This document shows, piece after piece, positions 1 to 10,794 of a stretch of DNA of 64,000 nt. Position 1 is the stretch's first letter; the number at the start of each line of letters is the position of its first letter. The translations under genes were made by a program, and so were the position numbers. The notes under the pieces were generated by a model, which saw only the letters and a list, made by a program, of their open reading frames with translations, was not told the DNA's origin and searched no databases. The stretch covers positions 96,001 through 160,000 of the forward strand of contig CAVYZN010000023.1 in assembly GCA_963773065.1 (NCBI GenBank). Direction: 5' to 3'. The stretch is from an uncultured Gammaproteobacteria bacterium (GTDB lineage: Bacteria; Pseudomonadota; Gammaproteobacteria; UBA9214).

Positions 1-180
1 GCTGATGTTGCCATCACGTGAACTAAAGATGATGTGGAAAGTTTTCAAATTATTTTGGGACATTTTACCCAATTATTACTATGAGTCAACAGTGCAAAGT
101 CAAACTAAGCGGCCAGCTATGCACCCTCGTTGACCCGTTCGAGAACGCGAATACCGCAACCGCTAACGGCCTGTCACCCC

Positions 181-414
181 TCATGAAGTCGCGGTCATTG
201 CGCTGCGAAATAGCCAAGGCGAATTGGGATTCGCCGCTGTTGAATGTACCTGTATGTAGTGCCGGATATACGGGAGGGCCTTTTCCCATTCTCCTGAGTA
301 TGCTTTCTTCGTGTCGTACAGGGTATCCCCCTCAAGGAACATACAGGCCGATACGGCTTCAGAGAAGGCGGCCGGCACTGCCCATGCGAACCCGTCAAAG
401 AATCTCTCGCTCAT
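181..414 (-). CDS. hypothetical protein (may continue past a frameshift)
   Basis: ATG overlaps the stop of the upstream ORF (ATGA at 411-414), suggesting translational coupling. No recognisable motif. Confidence 0.4.
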   Translation of the reverse strand: MSERFFDGFAWAVPAAFSEAVSACMFLEGDTLYDTKKAYSGEWEKALPYIRHYIQVHSTAANPNSPWLFRSAMTATS

Positions 415-908
415 TTGCCTCCTGGCAACCCAACTGCCCCGCCAGCGATTGCTACCACGAGTGGATGCACAAGAAATCTCCGTAGCAGGCCCATTGCTTC
501 CTGCTTTTGCTCCTGTGTCGCATTGGCATTGTCAATGAGTTGGACCAGCTCTTCAACACTCTGGGTGACTCGCTGCCTGTTGTTATCCCCTACGATGACA
601 TTGGTCGAGCCGGAGACGTTGACTGTGTTGTTTTGCACGAACTCCACCTTTATGTCTGAAGTCGCTTCACCCTCAACCACATCAATTCCAAATGCAGAGA
701 TTTTTCCTATGCCATCGTTAACCGCACCATAAGACTTCAGGGACTTCCATTCGATAAGACCATGCTGACCTAGCTGGTCGCTGATTGCGAGAATGTCGTC
801 CTCAGTGATGGGGACCTCAAAGTCGCTGGGCTGAGGTAGGTACATCCCACCGCGACGGTTCTCGTAGTACCGCTGCAGGACCAAGCCCCGGAGTTGTGTG
901 TCCTTCAC
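411..908 (-). CDS. hypothetical protein (wHTH-like N-terminus, Asn-rich linker, helical C-terminus)
   Basis: GTG start at 908 with GGGGAG SD upstream. 165-aa plausible protein in lower-GC DNA directly beyond the tRNA 3' end. Confidence 0.65.
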   Translation of the reverse strand: MKDTQLRGLVLQRYYENRRGGMYLPQPSDFEVPITEDDILAISDQLGQHGLIEWKSLKSYGAVNDGIGKISAFGIDVVEGEATSDIKVEFVQNNTVNVSGSTNVIVGDNNRQRVTQSVEELVQLIDNANATQEQKQEAMGLLRRFLVHPLVVAIAGGAVGLPGGK

Positions 909-994
909 TGTGCGTAGCTCCCCGCCACCAATATTACTAGCAATAGTTACTAGCGAATTTCTATAATTTATTGTTTTTATAACTACTTTCAATA

Positions 995-1079
995 TGGTGC
1001 CGATGGCCGGACTCGAACCGGCATGGCTTGCGCCACTGCCCCCTCAAGACAGCGTGTCTACCAATTTCACCACATCGGC
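995..1079 (-). tRNA. tRNA-Leu (anticodon GAG)
   Basis: GCCGATGTGGTGAAATTGGTAGACACGCTGTCTTGAGGGGGCAG...GGTTCGAGTCCGGCCATCGGCACCA: long variable arm, T-loop, encoded CCA. Classic position after secG. Confidence 0.97.
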
Positions 1080-1113
1080 CTGATTCGAAACGCTACGCCG
1101 CAAGCGGCGCGGC

Positions 1114-1703
1114 TTATTCAGGTAAATCATCCACCTTCTTGTCCGGCGTCGCGGGTGCCTTCGGCGCAATGCCGGCAGCGGCTGGTTTCTTTGCAGCCGG
1201 TTTCTTGCGGTTTCGGGCGCCGGTTTCTCGGTCGCCGCTTTCTTTTCCGCCGGTTTGACAACAGCCGGTTGCACGGCTGCCGGTGTCTCGGCGGCCGGCT
1301 TCTCTGCCACCGGGTTCTCGGCGGCCGGCGCCGGAGTGATTTCCGGAAGGTCCGGCGCCGCGCTCTTCAACTTGTCGAGGGTGGCGGCCGTTTCTTCCTG
1401 CTGCGCGGCTTTCTGCTGGGCATTCTGCTGCTCGATCTGCTCGACCACGCTCTCGGGCGCTGCGCGGCCCACGTGGCGCACCAGCGGCGAGGCGATCAAC
1501 AGGCAGTTGATGAAGAACACAGCCGCCATGATGGCGGTCGCCCGCGTGAAGAACGACCCCGAGCCGCGCGACCCGAAGACCGTGCCCGAGGCGCCGCTGC
1601 CAAACCCGGCGCCCATGTCGGCGCCCTTGCCCTGTTGCAAGAGCACCAGGGTGATGATGCTGATGGACACCAGGATCTGCACAACCAGTAGTAAGGTAAA
1701 CAT
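1114..1703 (-). CDS. secG: preprotein translocase subunit SecG with long Ala/Pro/Lys-rich tail (one apparent indel near 1215)
   Basis: LLQQGKGADMGAGFGSGASGTVFGSRGSGSF motif and tpiA-secG-tRNA-Leu synteny. The alternative frame supplies KKPAAKKPAA...DDLPE* ending at 1114. Confidence 0.92.
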
Positions 1704-1742
1704 AGGCGACCGTCAATTCAGCGTTAATACATTTATATAAGA

Positions 1743-2504
1743 TCAGCGGCGGACATTGCCGGCCCGGCCGATCGCCAGAAAATCCTGCGCATCCAGGGAG
1801 GCGCCGCCGATCAGACCGCCGTCGATATCCGCCATGGCGAGAAGCTCCGCGGCATTGCTGCCCTTGACGCTGCCGCCGTAGAGAATCCGGACCTTCGCCG
1901 CGACGGCCTTGTCCAGGCCGGCCAGCTTGCCGCGGATGAAGGCGTGTACATCCTGCGCCTGCTGCGGTGAGGCGGTCCTGCCGGTGCCGATTGCCCAGAC
2001 CGGTTCGTAGGCGATCACGGCGGCGGCCAGCGCGCCGACGCCCTCGAGGGCGATGACGGCGTCCAGTTGACGGCCGACGACCTGCTCGGTGATGCCCTGC
2101 TCCCGTTCCTCCAGCAGCTCGCCCACGCACAGGATCGGCACCAGTCCGGCCTTGCGCGCGGCGGCGAACTTGCGCGCCGTGAAGTCGTCGCTTTCGCCGT
2201 AGATGCTGCGCCGCTCGGAATGCCCCACGATGGCGTATTTGCAGCCGACATCGGTCAGCATGCCGGGCGCCACCTCGCCGGTATGAGCCCCGGATTCCCG
2301 GTCGTTGACGTCCTGGGCGCCGAGCGCGACCGAGGTCCCCTTTAGCATGGCGGCCACCTGCGGGAGGTAGACGTAGGGCGGGCAGACCGCCAGTTCCGCC
2401 GTGGTGACCATAGCCAGGCCGGCCTTGATCCCCTCGACCAGCTTTTTGATGCTGGCGAGCGATCCGTTCATCTTCCAGTTACCGGCGACCAGTGGCTGAC
2501 GCAT
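1743..2504 (-). CDS. tpiA: triosephosphate isomerase
   Basis: AGNWKMN, GHSERR, AYEPVWAIGTG, YGGSV and GGASL motifs. Confidence 0.98.
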   Translation of the reverse strand: MRQPLVAGNWKMNGSLASIKKLVEGIKAGLAMVTTAELAVCPPYVYLPQVAAMLKGTSVALGAQDVNDRESGAHTGEVAPGMLTDVGCKYAIVGHSERRSIYGESDDFTARKFAAARKAGLVPILCVGELLEEREQGITEQVVGRQLDAVIALEGVGALAAAVIAYEPVWAIGTGRTASPQQAQDVHAFIRGKLAGLDKAVAAKVRILYGGSVKGSNAAELLAMADIDGGLIGGASLDAQDFLAIGRAGNVRR

Positions 2505-2800
2505 TTCGACCTCCCGTGAAAGCAGGCCGGGTAGCTTAGCGATCCGGGACCGGAAAATCAATTTGTCCGGTGAAATGCTTGTTTGCGCAGGAACCTTCGC
2601 TCATGAATGAGCAGACCCCTCAATTGCCTCAGGAACCGTGCGGCCCGGCGGACCTTTCCCCCCCGGCAAGGAAACGCGACCCAGGGTGAGACGCTCAGGC
2701 AACACCGTTTCGTGAAAAATTCACGTAGCCGGGAAAAAGCCCGGTTATTGACTATGATTACGGTACAAAACCCAATGGACCCCGGTAAAGGAGGATCGCT

Positions 2801-3169
2801 ATGGCCAGGAAAGCGCTTTGCATCGGCATCAACAACTACCCCGGTACTCACATGGATCTGCAGGGCTGCGTCAACGACGCCCAGGATTGGGCCGCGGTTT
2901 TGCAGGCACGCGGCTACACGGTCACCACTCTGCTCGACAAACACGCCACCAAGGCCGCGATGGTACAGGCGATGTCGGACCTGATCGGCGCGGCGGGCAA
3001 CGGCGCTTTCACCTACTACGCACTGAAAACGCTCAAGGCGCTGAAGCCGGACGCCAGTTATGCGGACTGGAACAAGGCCATCGGCGCTTATCTGCCGTCC
3101 GCCAGTTACCCGCAGAGTCCGCAACTCGTGGGCAACAAGACGGCGCGCGGGCAGAAGGTTTTTGGCTGA
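2801..3169 (+). CDS. metacaspase (peptidase C14)-derived protein lacking the His/Cys catalytic core
   Basis: Strong SD AAAGGAGGA. N-terminal KALCIGINNY..DLQGCVNDA is joined directly to C-terminal NGAFTYY...YPQSPQL; no SGHG or DSCHSG motif. Confidence 0.8.
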   Translation: MARKALCIGINNYPGTHMDLQGCVNDAQDWAAVLQARGYTVTTLLDKHATKAAMVQAMSDLIGAAGNGAFTYYALKTLKALKPDASYADWNKAIGAYLPSASYPQSPQLVGNKTARGQKVFG

Positions 3170-3236
3170 CCAGTATCCAAGTAAGAAGTGAGAAGTAAAA
3201 AAGTAAGGTCCGGAGCCACCGCCCCGGCACCCGACC

Positions 3237-3464
3237 ATGAACATCTTAGCCATCACACTTTGGCAGATGAATGAGAACCTCCCCGCTTTGAAACTGATGC
3301 GGGCTGCTGCCGAGGGCCGCACGCGCGTGCTGGGGTCGAATCATCCCGATGCGGTCAACTCGCGGCAGATGTTTGCGCAGATGTCGGCAGCATTAAGTGG
3401 TAAACGAATAGGCTTTGTAGACAGGAAAAGAATCATCAGAGGGAACTTGCAAAGCACCAGGTAA
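3237..3464 (+). CDS. small protein/fragment with one TPR_12-like (RVLGxxHPD) repeat
   Basis: RTRVLGSNHPDAVNS resembles kinesin-light-chain-type TPR ends. Only 75 aa. Confidence 0.4.
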   Translation: MNILAITLWQMNENLPALKLMRAAAEGRTRVLGSNHPDAVNSRQMFAQMSAALSGKRIGFVDRKRIIRGNLQSTR

Positions 3465-3541
3465 AACCTTCAGGCGAGTGCCACGTTTGAAAGGGACAGG
3501 ACGCAAATAGGGAATAATCAGGACCAAAGGAGAACGACATC

Positions 3542-6500
3542 ATGACCAGGACCTATAAGATACGCGGCACCGAACAACACGCGAGGACCGTTCCTCCCAC
3601 CAGTCAGGACATCGCCATCACCAATCCGCGCCGGCTGGTCGCCCGGCTCCGCCCGCGAGGCCGGGGTGGGCGAGATCGAGGCGGCGGGCGACGAGGTGGT
3701 GCGGGTGGAACTGGAAAACGGCTTCGTGCTGTGGACCCGGGCCGACGACCTGATCCGGGAGCGGGGCCGGAAGGCGACGAGCCGCGACGGGGGCGAGGGT
3801 TGGGAGATCGAAAGCCGGCCAAAATTGCGGGGCATGCAGTCCGGCCAGCGGGGCTGGCTGGGGCTCGGTATCAAGGTGCTGGAGTTCTTCGGCGTGGACC
3901 TGACGGGCAAGACGGCCGGGGTACTGGGCGACAAGCTGGAGGAGAAACTGTTGAAGGGCAATTTCCCGGGTCTCTACCGCTGCGCCCTGGGGGATGCTTT
4001 TACCCTCACGGTTGTGCCCGACGGTGAGGAACTGCCAACTGGCAAGGAGCCGTTGCTGGTATTTATACACGGTACCGCTTCCAGCACCCAGGGCAGCTTC
4101 GGCAAGCTTTGGGAAGGAGGCGGCAGCGCCGGCGCCGCGGCGCGCAAGACACTCAAGGATCGCTACGGCGACCGGGTGTATGCCTGGGAGCACCGCTCCC
4201 TCACCGTCAGTCCCATCCAGAATGCCCTGGAGTTGGTGCGACGCCTTCCCGCCAACGCCGTGGTCCATTTGGTGACTCATTCCCGGGGCGGGCTGGTGGG
4301 GGAACTGCTTTGTCTCGCCGAGCGGGACAAGTCCAAGGACCCGTTCCAGTCGGATCTCCTGCAAAACCTGTTCGCCGCCGATCGCACCATCGCCGAGCAG
4401 ATCGGCCTGAGCCCGCTGGATGAGGGCGCCGCCAAGACGCGCGACGATGCTTACGGCGAGGACCGGGAGCGGCTGAAAAAGCTGCTGGAATTGCTGGACG
4501 AAAAGCAGATTAAAATCCGACGCTTCGTGCGCGTGGCCTGTCCGGCCCGGGGCACCACCCTGGCCTCGGGCCGCCTGGACCGCTGGCTGTCGGTCATCAA
4601 CCACCTCACCGGCAACAGCCTGGTGGGCGATGCCGCCGACTTCCTGCTGGCGGTGGTGAAGGAGCGCACCGACCCGCGCACCCTGCCGGGGCTGGAGGCC
4701 ATGATGCCCGGCTCGGCCCTCACCCGGATGCTACAGCACCCCGCCCTCACCACCGGCGCCGATCTGACGGTGATCGCCGGCGACGTCGAGGGCGACAACC
4801 TGTGGAGCCAGATCAAGCTGCTGGCCACCGACTGGTTCTACGGCGCCGACCACGATCTGGTAGTGAACACCGGTTCCATGTATGGCGGCATCCGCCGACC
4901 GGAAAAGGGCGCCCGCTTCCTGCGGGACCAGGGTCCCAGCGTCAACCACTTCAGCTATTTCGAGAACGACAAGAGCGTGCGCTGGCTGATGGCGGGACTC
5001 ACCCGGGCCGACGGAACCGACGGCGGCTTCCAGCCCATCGAAGCAGCGAAACACGAAGAACCCCGCTGGCGCGAGGCGGTGCGCCGCAGCCGTGCCGCGA
5101 CCGCGCCGCGGCCCCTGGCCGTGGTGCTGCCGGGCACTCTGGGCAGCGCCCTGAAGGTGCAGGGCGAAAATGTGTGGCTCGACTACTGGTCCCTGTTGTG
5201 GGGCGGGCTCAAGCGGCTAAGCATGGATGCGACGGGGGTCGAGCCCACCGACCTGCTGGACGATTTTTACGGCCCCCTGCTGGAGTTCCTGGCACGCAGC
5301 CACCGCGTGGAGATCTTCCCCTACGATTGGCGGCTTTCGGTGGTCGATGCGGCGAAAAAACTGGCGGACCGCTTGGAAGTCTGGCTGCCGGCAGCCGAGC
5401 GCACTGACCAGTCCGTACACCTGGTGGCCCATTCCATGGGCGGGCTGGTGGTGCGCGCCATGATCGCGGACACGCAACGTGGAGCAGCGCTGTGGCGGCG
5501 CATCGTTGCCCTGCCCAACAGCCGATTCCTGATGCTGGGCACGCCGAACCTGGGTTCCTACGAAGCGGTGCGCTGGCTGACCGGCGGCAACCCAACCCAG
5601 GCCAAGATCAGCCTGCTGGATATCACCCAGAGCACCAACGAGATCATCGATTTGGTGCGCAACTATCCGGGCCTGGTGGAACTGCTGCCCTTCGACCCCG
5701 ACAGCCCCGACTTCAGCCAGCAGGGCCTCTGGAAGAAACTCAGGGACGCCTTGAACGCCTCATGGCAACCGGCCGAGGAAGCGGTGCTGCGCCAGGCGCT
5801 CGCTACCTGGACTCTCTTGAAACAGTCCGCCCCGGATCCCGAGCACATGATTTACGTGGCCGGCTGTCAGGATGCCACGGTGGCGGATTACCACCTGGCC
5901 GACTACGAACAACCCTCTCTCGCTGGACGTAAACGCCTCGAGTTCATCGGCGACCGGCAGGGCGACGGAACGGTGACCTGGAAGTCCGGCCGCCTGCCCG
6001 GCGTACCCGTCTGGTATGTGGAAGACACGGCCCATGACGAGCTGTGCAAGCAGAAACGCGCCCTGCCCGGCTACCTGGATCTGCTCATGACCGGCAAGAC
6101 CACGCGCCTGCCCGGCACCCCGCCGGCCGGGGCGAGAGCGGCGGCGGGCGAGCCGGATCGCTTCCCCATGCCGGCCCTGCCGCACACCGACGACATCCCG
6201 GATGAGCGCAGCGTGCGCAGCTTCAGCTTCGGTCCCGGGCGGCCCTTAGAGACCGATGACGACCGGCCGGTGGTGCCGGTCATCCAGGTCGGCATCTGTC
6301 ACGGCGACCTGGCCTACGCCCATCATCCGGTGCTGGTGGGGCATTACCTGGGTGACACCGTCATCAGCGCCGAGTCCGCCCTGGACCACCGGCTTGGCGG
6401 GGCGCTGACACGGCGCCTGCAGCTCGGGCTCTACCCGGGGCAGACGGGAACCCATGCCCTGTTCTTCAATGAAAAGACGGACGGCAAACCCGGGGGCGCG

Positions 6501-9062
6501 GTCGTGATCGGGCTGGGCCAGGTGGGCGAACTCTCTCCCGGTCTGCTCGAGGCCGGCGTGCGCAACGCGCTGATGGACTACGCCCTGCAGGTGGCTCAAT
6601 GGCCGGACGAACGCTTCGGTCCGGCCAAGGGCGTGCGATCGGCCGCCGTATCCTGTCTGCTGGTGGGCTCCGGCCCGGGCGGCATGGCGGTGCGTGATTC
6701 CGTCGATGCCATCCTCCGGGGCGCGGTGGCGGCCAATGACCGGCTGGAGCAGGCTGATCTGAATGACCGGGTGCTCATCGACCGCGTCGAGTTTCTGGAG
6801 CTGTTCGAGGACGTGGCCCTCGCCGCGGCCGATGCAATGGATTCGATCTTGAAGGACGGGAAACTGGCCAATGCCATCGCCTGGCCGGCGAAAGTCATCG
6901 AGGAAGGACAGGGCCGGCTCCGCCGGGTACGCTGCGACGATACACCGGGCTGGTGGCACCGGCTGGAGATCATCGAGGAGAAAGGCCGGGGCGGCCTGCG
7001 CTTCATCGCCTCCACCGATCGCGCCCGGGCCGAGGTCACCCAGGCCACCGGCCAGCTTCGATTGGCGGACAGCTTTATCCACCAGGCCTCCCAGTCTCCC
7101 GCCAGCAATGCCGAAGTGGCCAAGACCCTGTTCGAGATGCTCCTGCCCAACCGGCTGAAGGAATTGGCCCCCAGACAGACGGACCTGGTGCTGCTGGTGG
7201 ACGCAGCCTCGGCGCGCTACCCCTGGGAATTGCTGGAAGACCGCTGGAGCCAGACCGGCCGGCCGGCCGCTGTTTCCGCCGGCCTGGTGCGCCAGCTCAA
7301 GACGCCCCGGTTCCGTCCCCATCCGGCCCATGCCACCGAGGCCACCGCCTTCGTCGTGGGCAATCCGGATCTGGGCGGCTGGGATTCCTTCCCCGACCTG
7401 CCCGGCGCAAGGCAGGAGGCGCAAAACGTCGCCAGCCGGCTTATGGCCGGAGGTTATCGGGTGAGGGACTGCATTGATGAAAAGGCCGACGTCATCCTGG
7501 AAGTTCTGCACAAGGACGCCTGGCGCATCCTGCACCTGGCGGGCCACGGCGAGCACGAGATGGTGCTGGAGGAGGAAGATGAAGCCCGAGAGGTGTGCGC
7601 GGACGATGAGCGGCCCGTTCCGAAACGCAAGCAGTGCCTCTCGGGCATGGTCATCGGCAGCAAGACTTTCCTCACCCCGGGCGATGTGGAGCAGATGCGC
7701 TGGGTGCCGGAGCTGGTGTTCATCAACTGCTGCCACCTGGGCAAGACCGGCGCCTCCCGACACGGCAAATACAGCCTGCTGGCGGCGAACCTGGGAGTGC
7801 AGTTCATCAACATGGGAGTCAAGGCAGTGGTGGCCGCCGGCTGGGCGGTGGACGACGGGGCGGCGAGCGCCTTCGCGGAGAGTTTCTACGCCCACCTGCT
7901 GGACGGCGAGCTTTTCGGCAAGGCGGTGCGTGCCGCCCGGGAGGAGATCTGGACCCGCTTCCCCAACGTCAACACCTGGGGCGCCTACCAGTGCTACGGG
8001 GATCCCGGCTACCGGCTTCGCGGCGACGGCGCTGCCCCACCGCCTCCCAGCGGCAAGCGCTACCACTCCCCGGCCGAATTGATCGCCGATCTGGAAAACC
8101 ACACCCAAGTGATCCGCGTGAAGATCAAGAACAAGGAGAAGGACGGGGACGAGGATGCCCTCGCCAAGATGCGCGCCGGCATCGTCGGCCTGTTCGGTGC
8201 CATACCGGAAGAGCGGCAGGCGAAATGGCTCGCCCGCGCCGACGTGGCGGCGGCAGTGGGCTTCGCCTGGGGCGAGACCGGCGCCTGGGCCGAGGCCGTG
8301 GAATGGCTGGAGAAGGCACTGCATGCCAAGGAGGGCGATTGCCCGGTGCGGGCGGTGGAACAGTGCGCCAACTTCAGGGTACGGCTGTCCGCGCAGAAGT
8401 GGCAGCAGATGCGTGATGCGGTTGATCGCAAACAGGCCGAGGCAGGTCGCTCTGCGCTGATCCGGGAAATCGAACTCGCCATCCGGGAACTGGACTACCT
8501 CAACCAGCGGGCGCCGACCCAGGAACGATTGGACCTGCTGGGCGGCGCCTGCAAGCGGCTGGCCTGGGTTCACACCGAAGAGGCGCCGCGCCTCGAAGCT
8601 CTGGTCAACATGGCCAACTACTATCGCCAAGCCTTCGATCATGACGACAAAGCCAGATCCCTATCCCTTCACCAACTGGGCCATCGCCAAGGTGTTCGCC
8701 AATCGGTTCGATCCCACCCAGGATGGCGAGTGGCGGATCACTCTGGAAGACGAATGCCGGCGCATGATCGACGTGGCCCGGAGCCGCAACGCCGAGAAAC
8801 CCAATTTCTGGGACGGGGCGGCCGAGGCCGACTGCGAACTGGTGATGTTGCTATGCTGGCAAATCGCGACACCACGACGAAGGCAGCCAACGAAGCCGTG
8901 ACCCGCATTGCCGAACTTTACCGAGCCGCGGCACGGCGCGGCGCCAGTCCCAGGGAATACGCCTCGGTGCTGGAGCACCTGGACTTCGTCATCGAGGTGG
9001 GCGGCTTCACGGCCGGCTCTCCATTGAACGAAGCTCTGCGCGCCATCCGCGATGCGCTCTGA
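3542..9062 (+). CDS. giant multidomain protein: two alpha/beta-hydrolase (lipase/LCAT-like) domains + CHAT caspase-like protease + C-terminal TPR-like region (indels near 3650 and about 8655/8855)
   Basis: SD AAAGGAG before ATG 3542. Motifs FIHGTASS...VTHSRGG and PYDWR...VAHSMGG...LGTPNLGS, CHAT dyad HLAGHG / FINCCHLG, VAAGWAVDD and WGAYQCYGDP. ORF 8641..8901 supplies the likely true frame over part of the C-terminus. Confidence 0.88.
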
Positions 9063-9087
9063 GCCGCCAGGAACCAAGGAGACCGCC

Positions 9088-10123
9088 ATGGCCAACCGTT
9101 CGAAAACCCGGCTGGAAAACCTCAGTCTCGAAGACCTCGACCCGCAGGATCTCATCGCCGCGAACTTCCGTGTCTATGAACTCACCCGTTCCGAACTCGC
9201 CAGCCGGCTGGGCATAGACAACACCTTCCCGAGCGACCGGGAACTGCGCGCCGCCGTGTACCTGGCCCGCAAGGTGCTGCAGGTGATTCGCGATACCTTC
9301 GGCCCCTATACCCCAAACAGCGTGTTCCGCAGCCAAGCCCTGGAGCGCGCGCTGAAGAAAAAGCCCGGCGGGTGGATCAGCACCAGCCAGCACACCCAGG
9401 GCTGCGCCTGTGACGTGGAGATCGTCGGCAAGACCACCCTGGAACTGGCTCAATGGGCGGCGGACAACCTGCCCGACTACGACCAGATCATCTGCGAGTG
9501 CTTCGACCCGAGCGAAGGCCCCAACTCCGGTTGGGTGCATATCTCCCTCAAGCCCCCCGAATTGGGGGTAAACCGCAGGACCCTCTTGAGCTACATCCGT
9601 GATCCCGAAAATGGAACTCATCGCCGCGAACTTCCGTGTCTATGAACTCACCCGCTCCGAACTCGCCAGCCGGCTGGGCATAGACAATTCCTTTCCCAGC
9701 GAGCGGGAGCTGCGCGCCGCCGTGTACCTGGCGCGCAAGGTGCTGCAGGTGATTCGCAAGGAATTCGGTTCCTTCTCACCCAACAGCGTGTTCCGCAGCC
9801 AGGCTCTGGAACGCGCGCTGAAGAAAAAGCCCGCCGGCTGGATCAGCACCAGCCAACACACCCAGGGCTGTGCCTGCGACCTGGAACTCGTCGGCAAGAC
9901 CACCCTGGAACTGGCCCAGTGGGCGGCGGACAACCTGCCCGACTACGACCAGATCATCTGCGAGTGCTTCGACCCGAGAGAAGGTCCCAACTCCGGTTGG
10001 GTGCACATCTCCTTCAAGCCCCCCGAATTGGGGGTAAACCGCAGGACCCTCCTGAGCTACATCCGTGATCCCGGAAGCGAACAGATGGTTTATGTCGAGG
10101 GGTTGCGGGAAAGCGTGGCGTGA
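9088..10123 (+). CDS. peptidase M15A-like (D-Ala-D-Ala/endolysin-type Zn peptidase), two tandem domains; either one frameshifted gene or two overlapping genes (9088..9645 and 9611..10123)
   Basis: SD AAGGAG. Each half has NF..ELTRS, S.FRS.AL, SQHxxGxAxD and WVHIS Zn-ligand motifs. Confidence 0.82.
9151..10073 (+). repeat. diverged tandem direct repeat, two 457-bp copies (9151..9607 and 9617..10073)
   Basis: Both copies begin CTCATCGCCGCGAACTTCCGTGTC and end CTACATCCGTGATCCCG, with scattered substitutions between them. Confidence 0.95.
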
Positions 10124-10211
10124 CAATTGGCATGATGTCGAAGTGACTGTGCGCGACACCGGTGAGATCAGCGCGAGTGGAAAATACTTCCGGCATCGCA
10201 CCGGTTACTGA

Positions 10212-10388
10212 GAGCCTGTGAAAATATCGCCAGCCTGCGTCGGACGCCGCTTTGCGGCTGCGGCGGCGTTGCGCCACGCGAAAACTTCGGTCATTTGGCT
10301 CGCCAAACTCCCTTGTTTTCGCGCAGCGCGCCTTGCCTCGCACGCAAATCGACGCCCTCGCGACGACCGTCGATATTTTCACAGGCTC
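10212..10388. mobile_element. MITE (non-autonomous, IS5/IS1182-like ends)
   Basis: Perfect terminal inverted repeats GAGCCTGTGAAAATATCG / CGATATTTTCACAGGCTC, flanked by TGA on both sides (10209-10211 and 10389-10391). No transposase inside. Confidence 0.75.
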
Positions 10389-10794
10389 TGAATCCATACA
10401 TCATCCACTGCAAGGAGGAGATGGCCATGAATAAATGCGTTGTGTTGCTACGCAACGCTTGGTGGATTACGCAAGAATACGCTAACCCCCTACCCGCCCT
10501 GATTTGTATTCCTCCCTCAATGACAGACAGAACGCTTACCTTGACGGATATCCGCTGATCCCGTTCAGCGGCATGCGCCATGGCGGCGTGTGCCACAGTT
10601 GAAGTAACCGGTGACAGAACGTCTGAAAAAAATTCAAGACCCTGCGCTCCTGCCTCCTGCATGCGGTGAAATTTATACCCGGCCTTCAACGGAAGCGATT
10701 GGGCGAAATCCTGACTGCTCCATCGAATACCGGGGTTTCTTTCGCCAGCCCGGTTATCTGCGATATGCTCCTTTCTCTTGAGAACACGGGCCAC

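Noticed and set aside
6246-8642. Long antisense ORFs (also 16792..18240, 19199..21286, 24230..26395, 61591..63099)
   Set aside because: These are shadow ORFs opposite well-supported genes, expected from high GC3 codon bias, and show no motifs.
9088-10123. Prophage lysis cassette
   Set aside because: No holin, spanin, structural or integrase genes are nearby.
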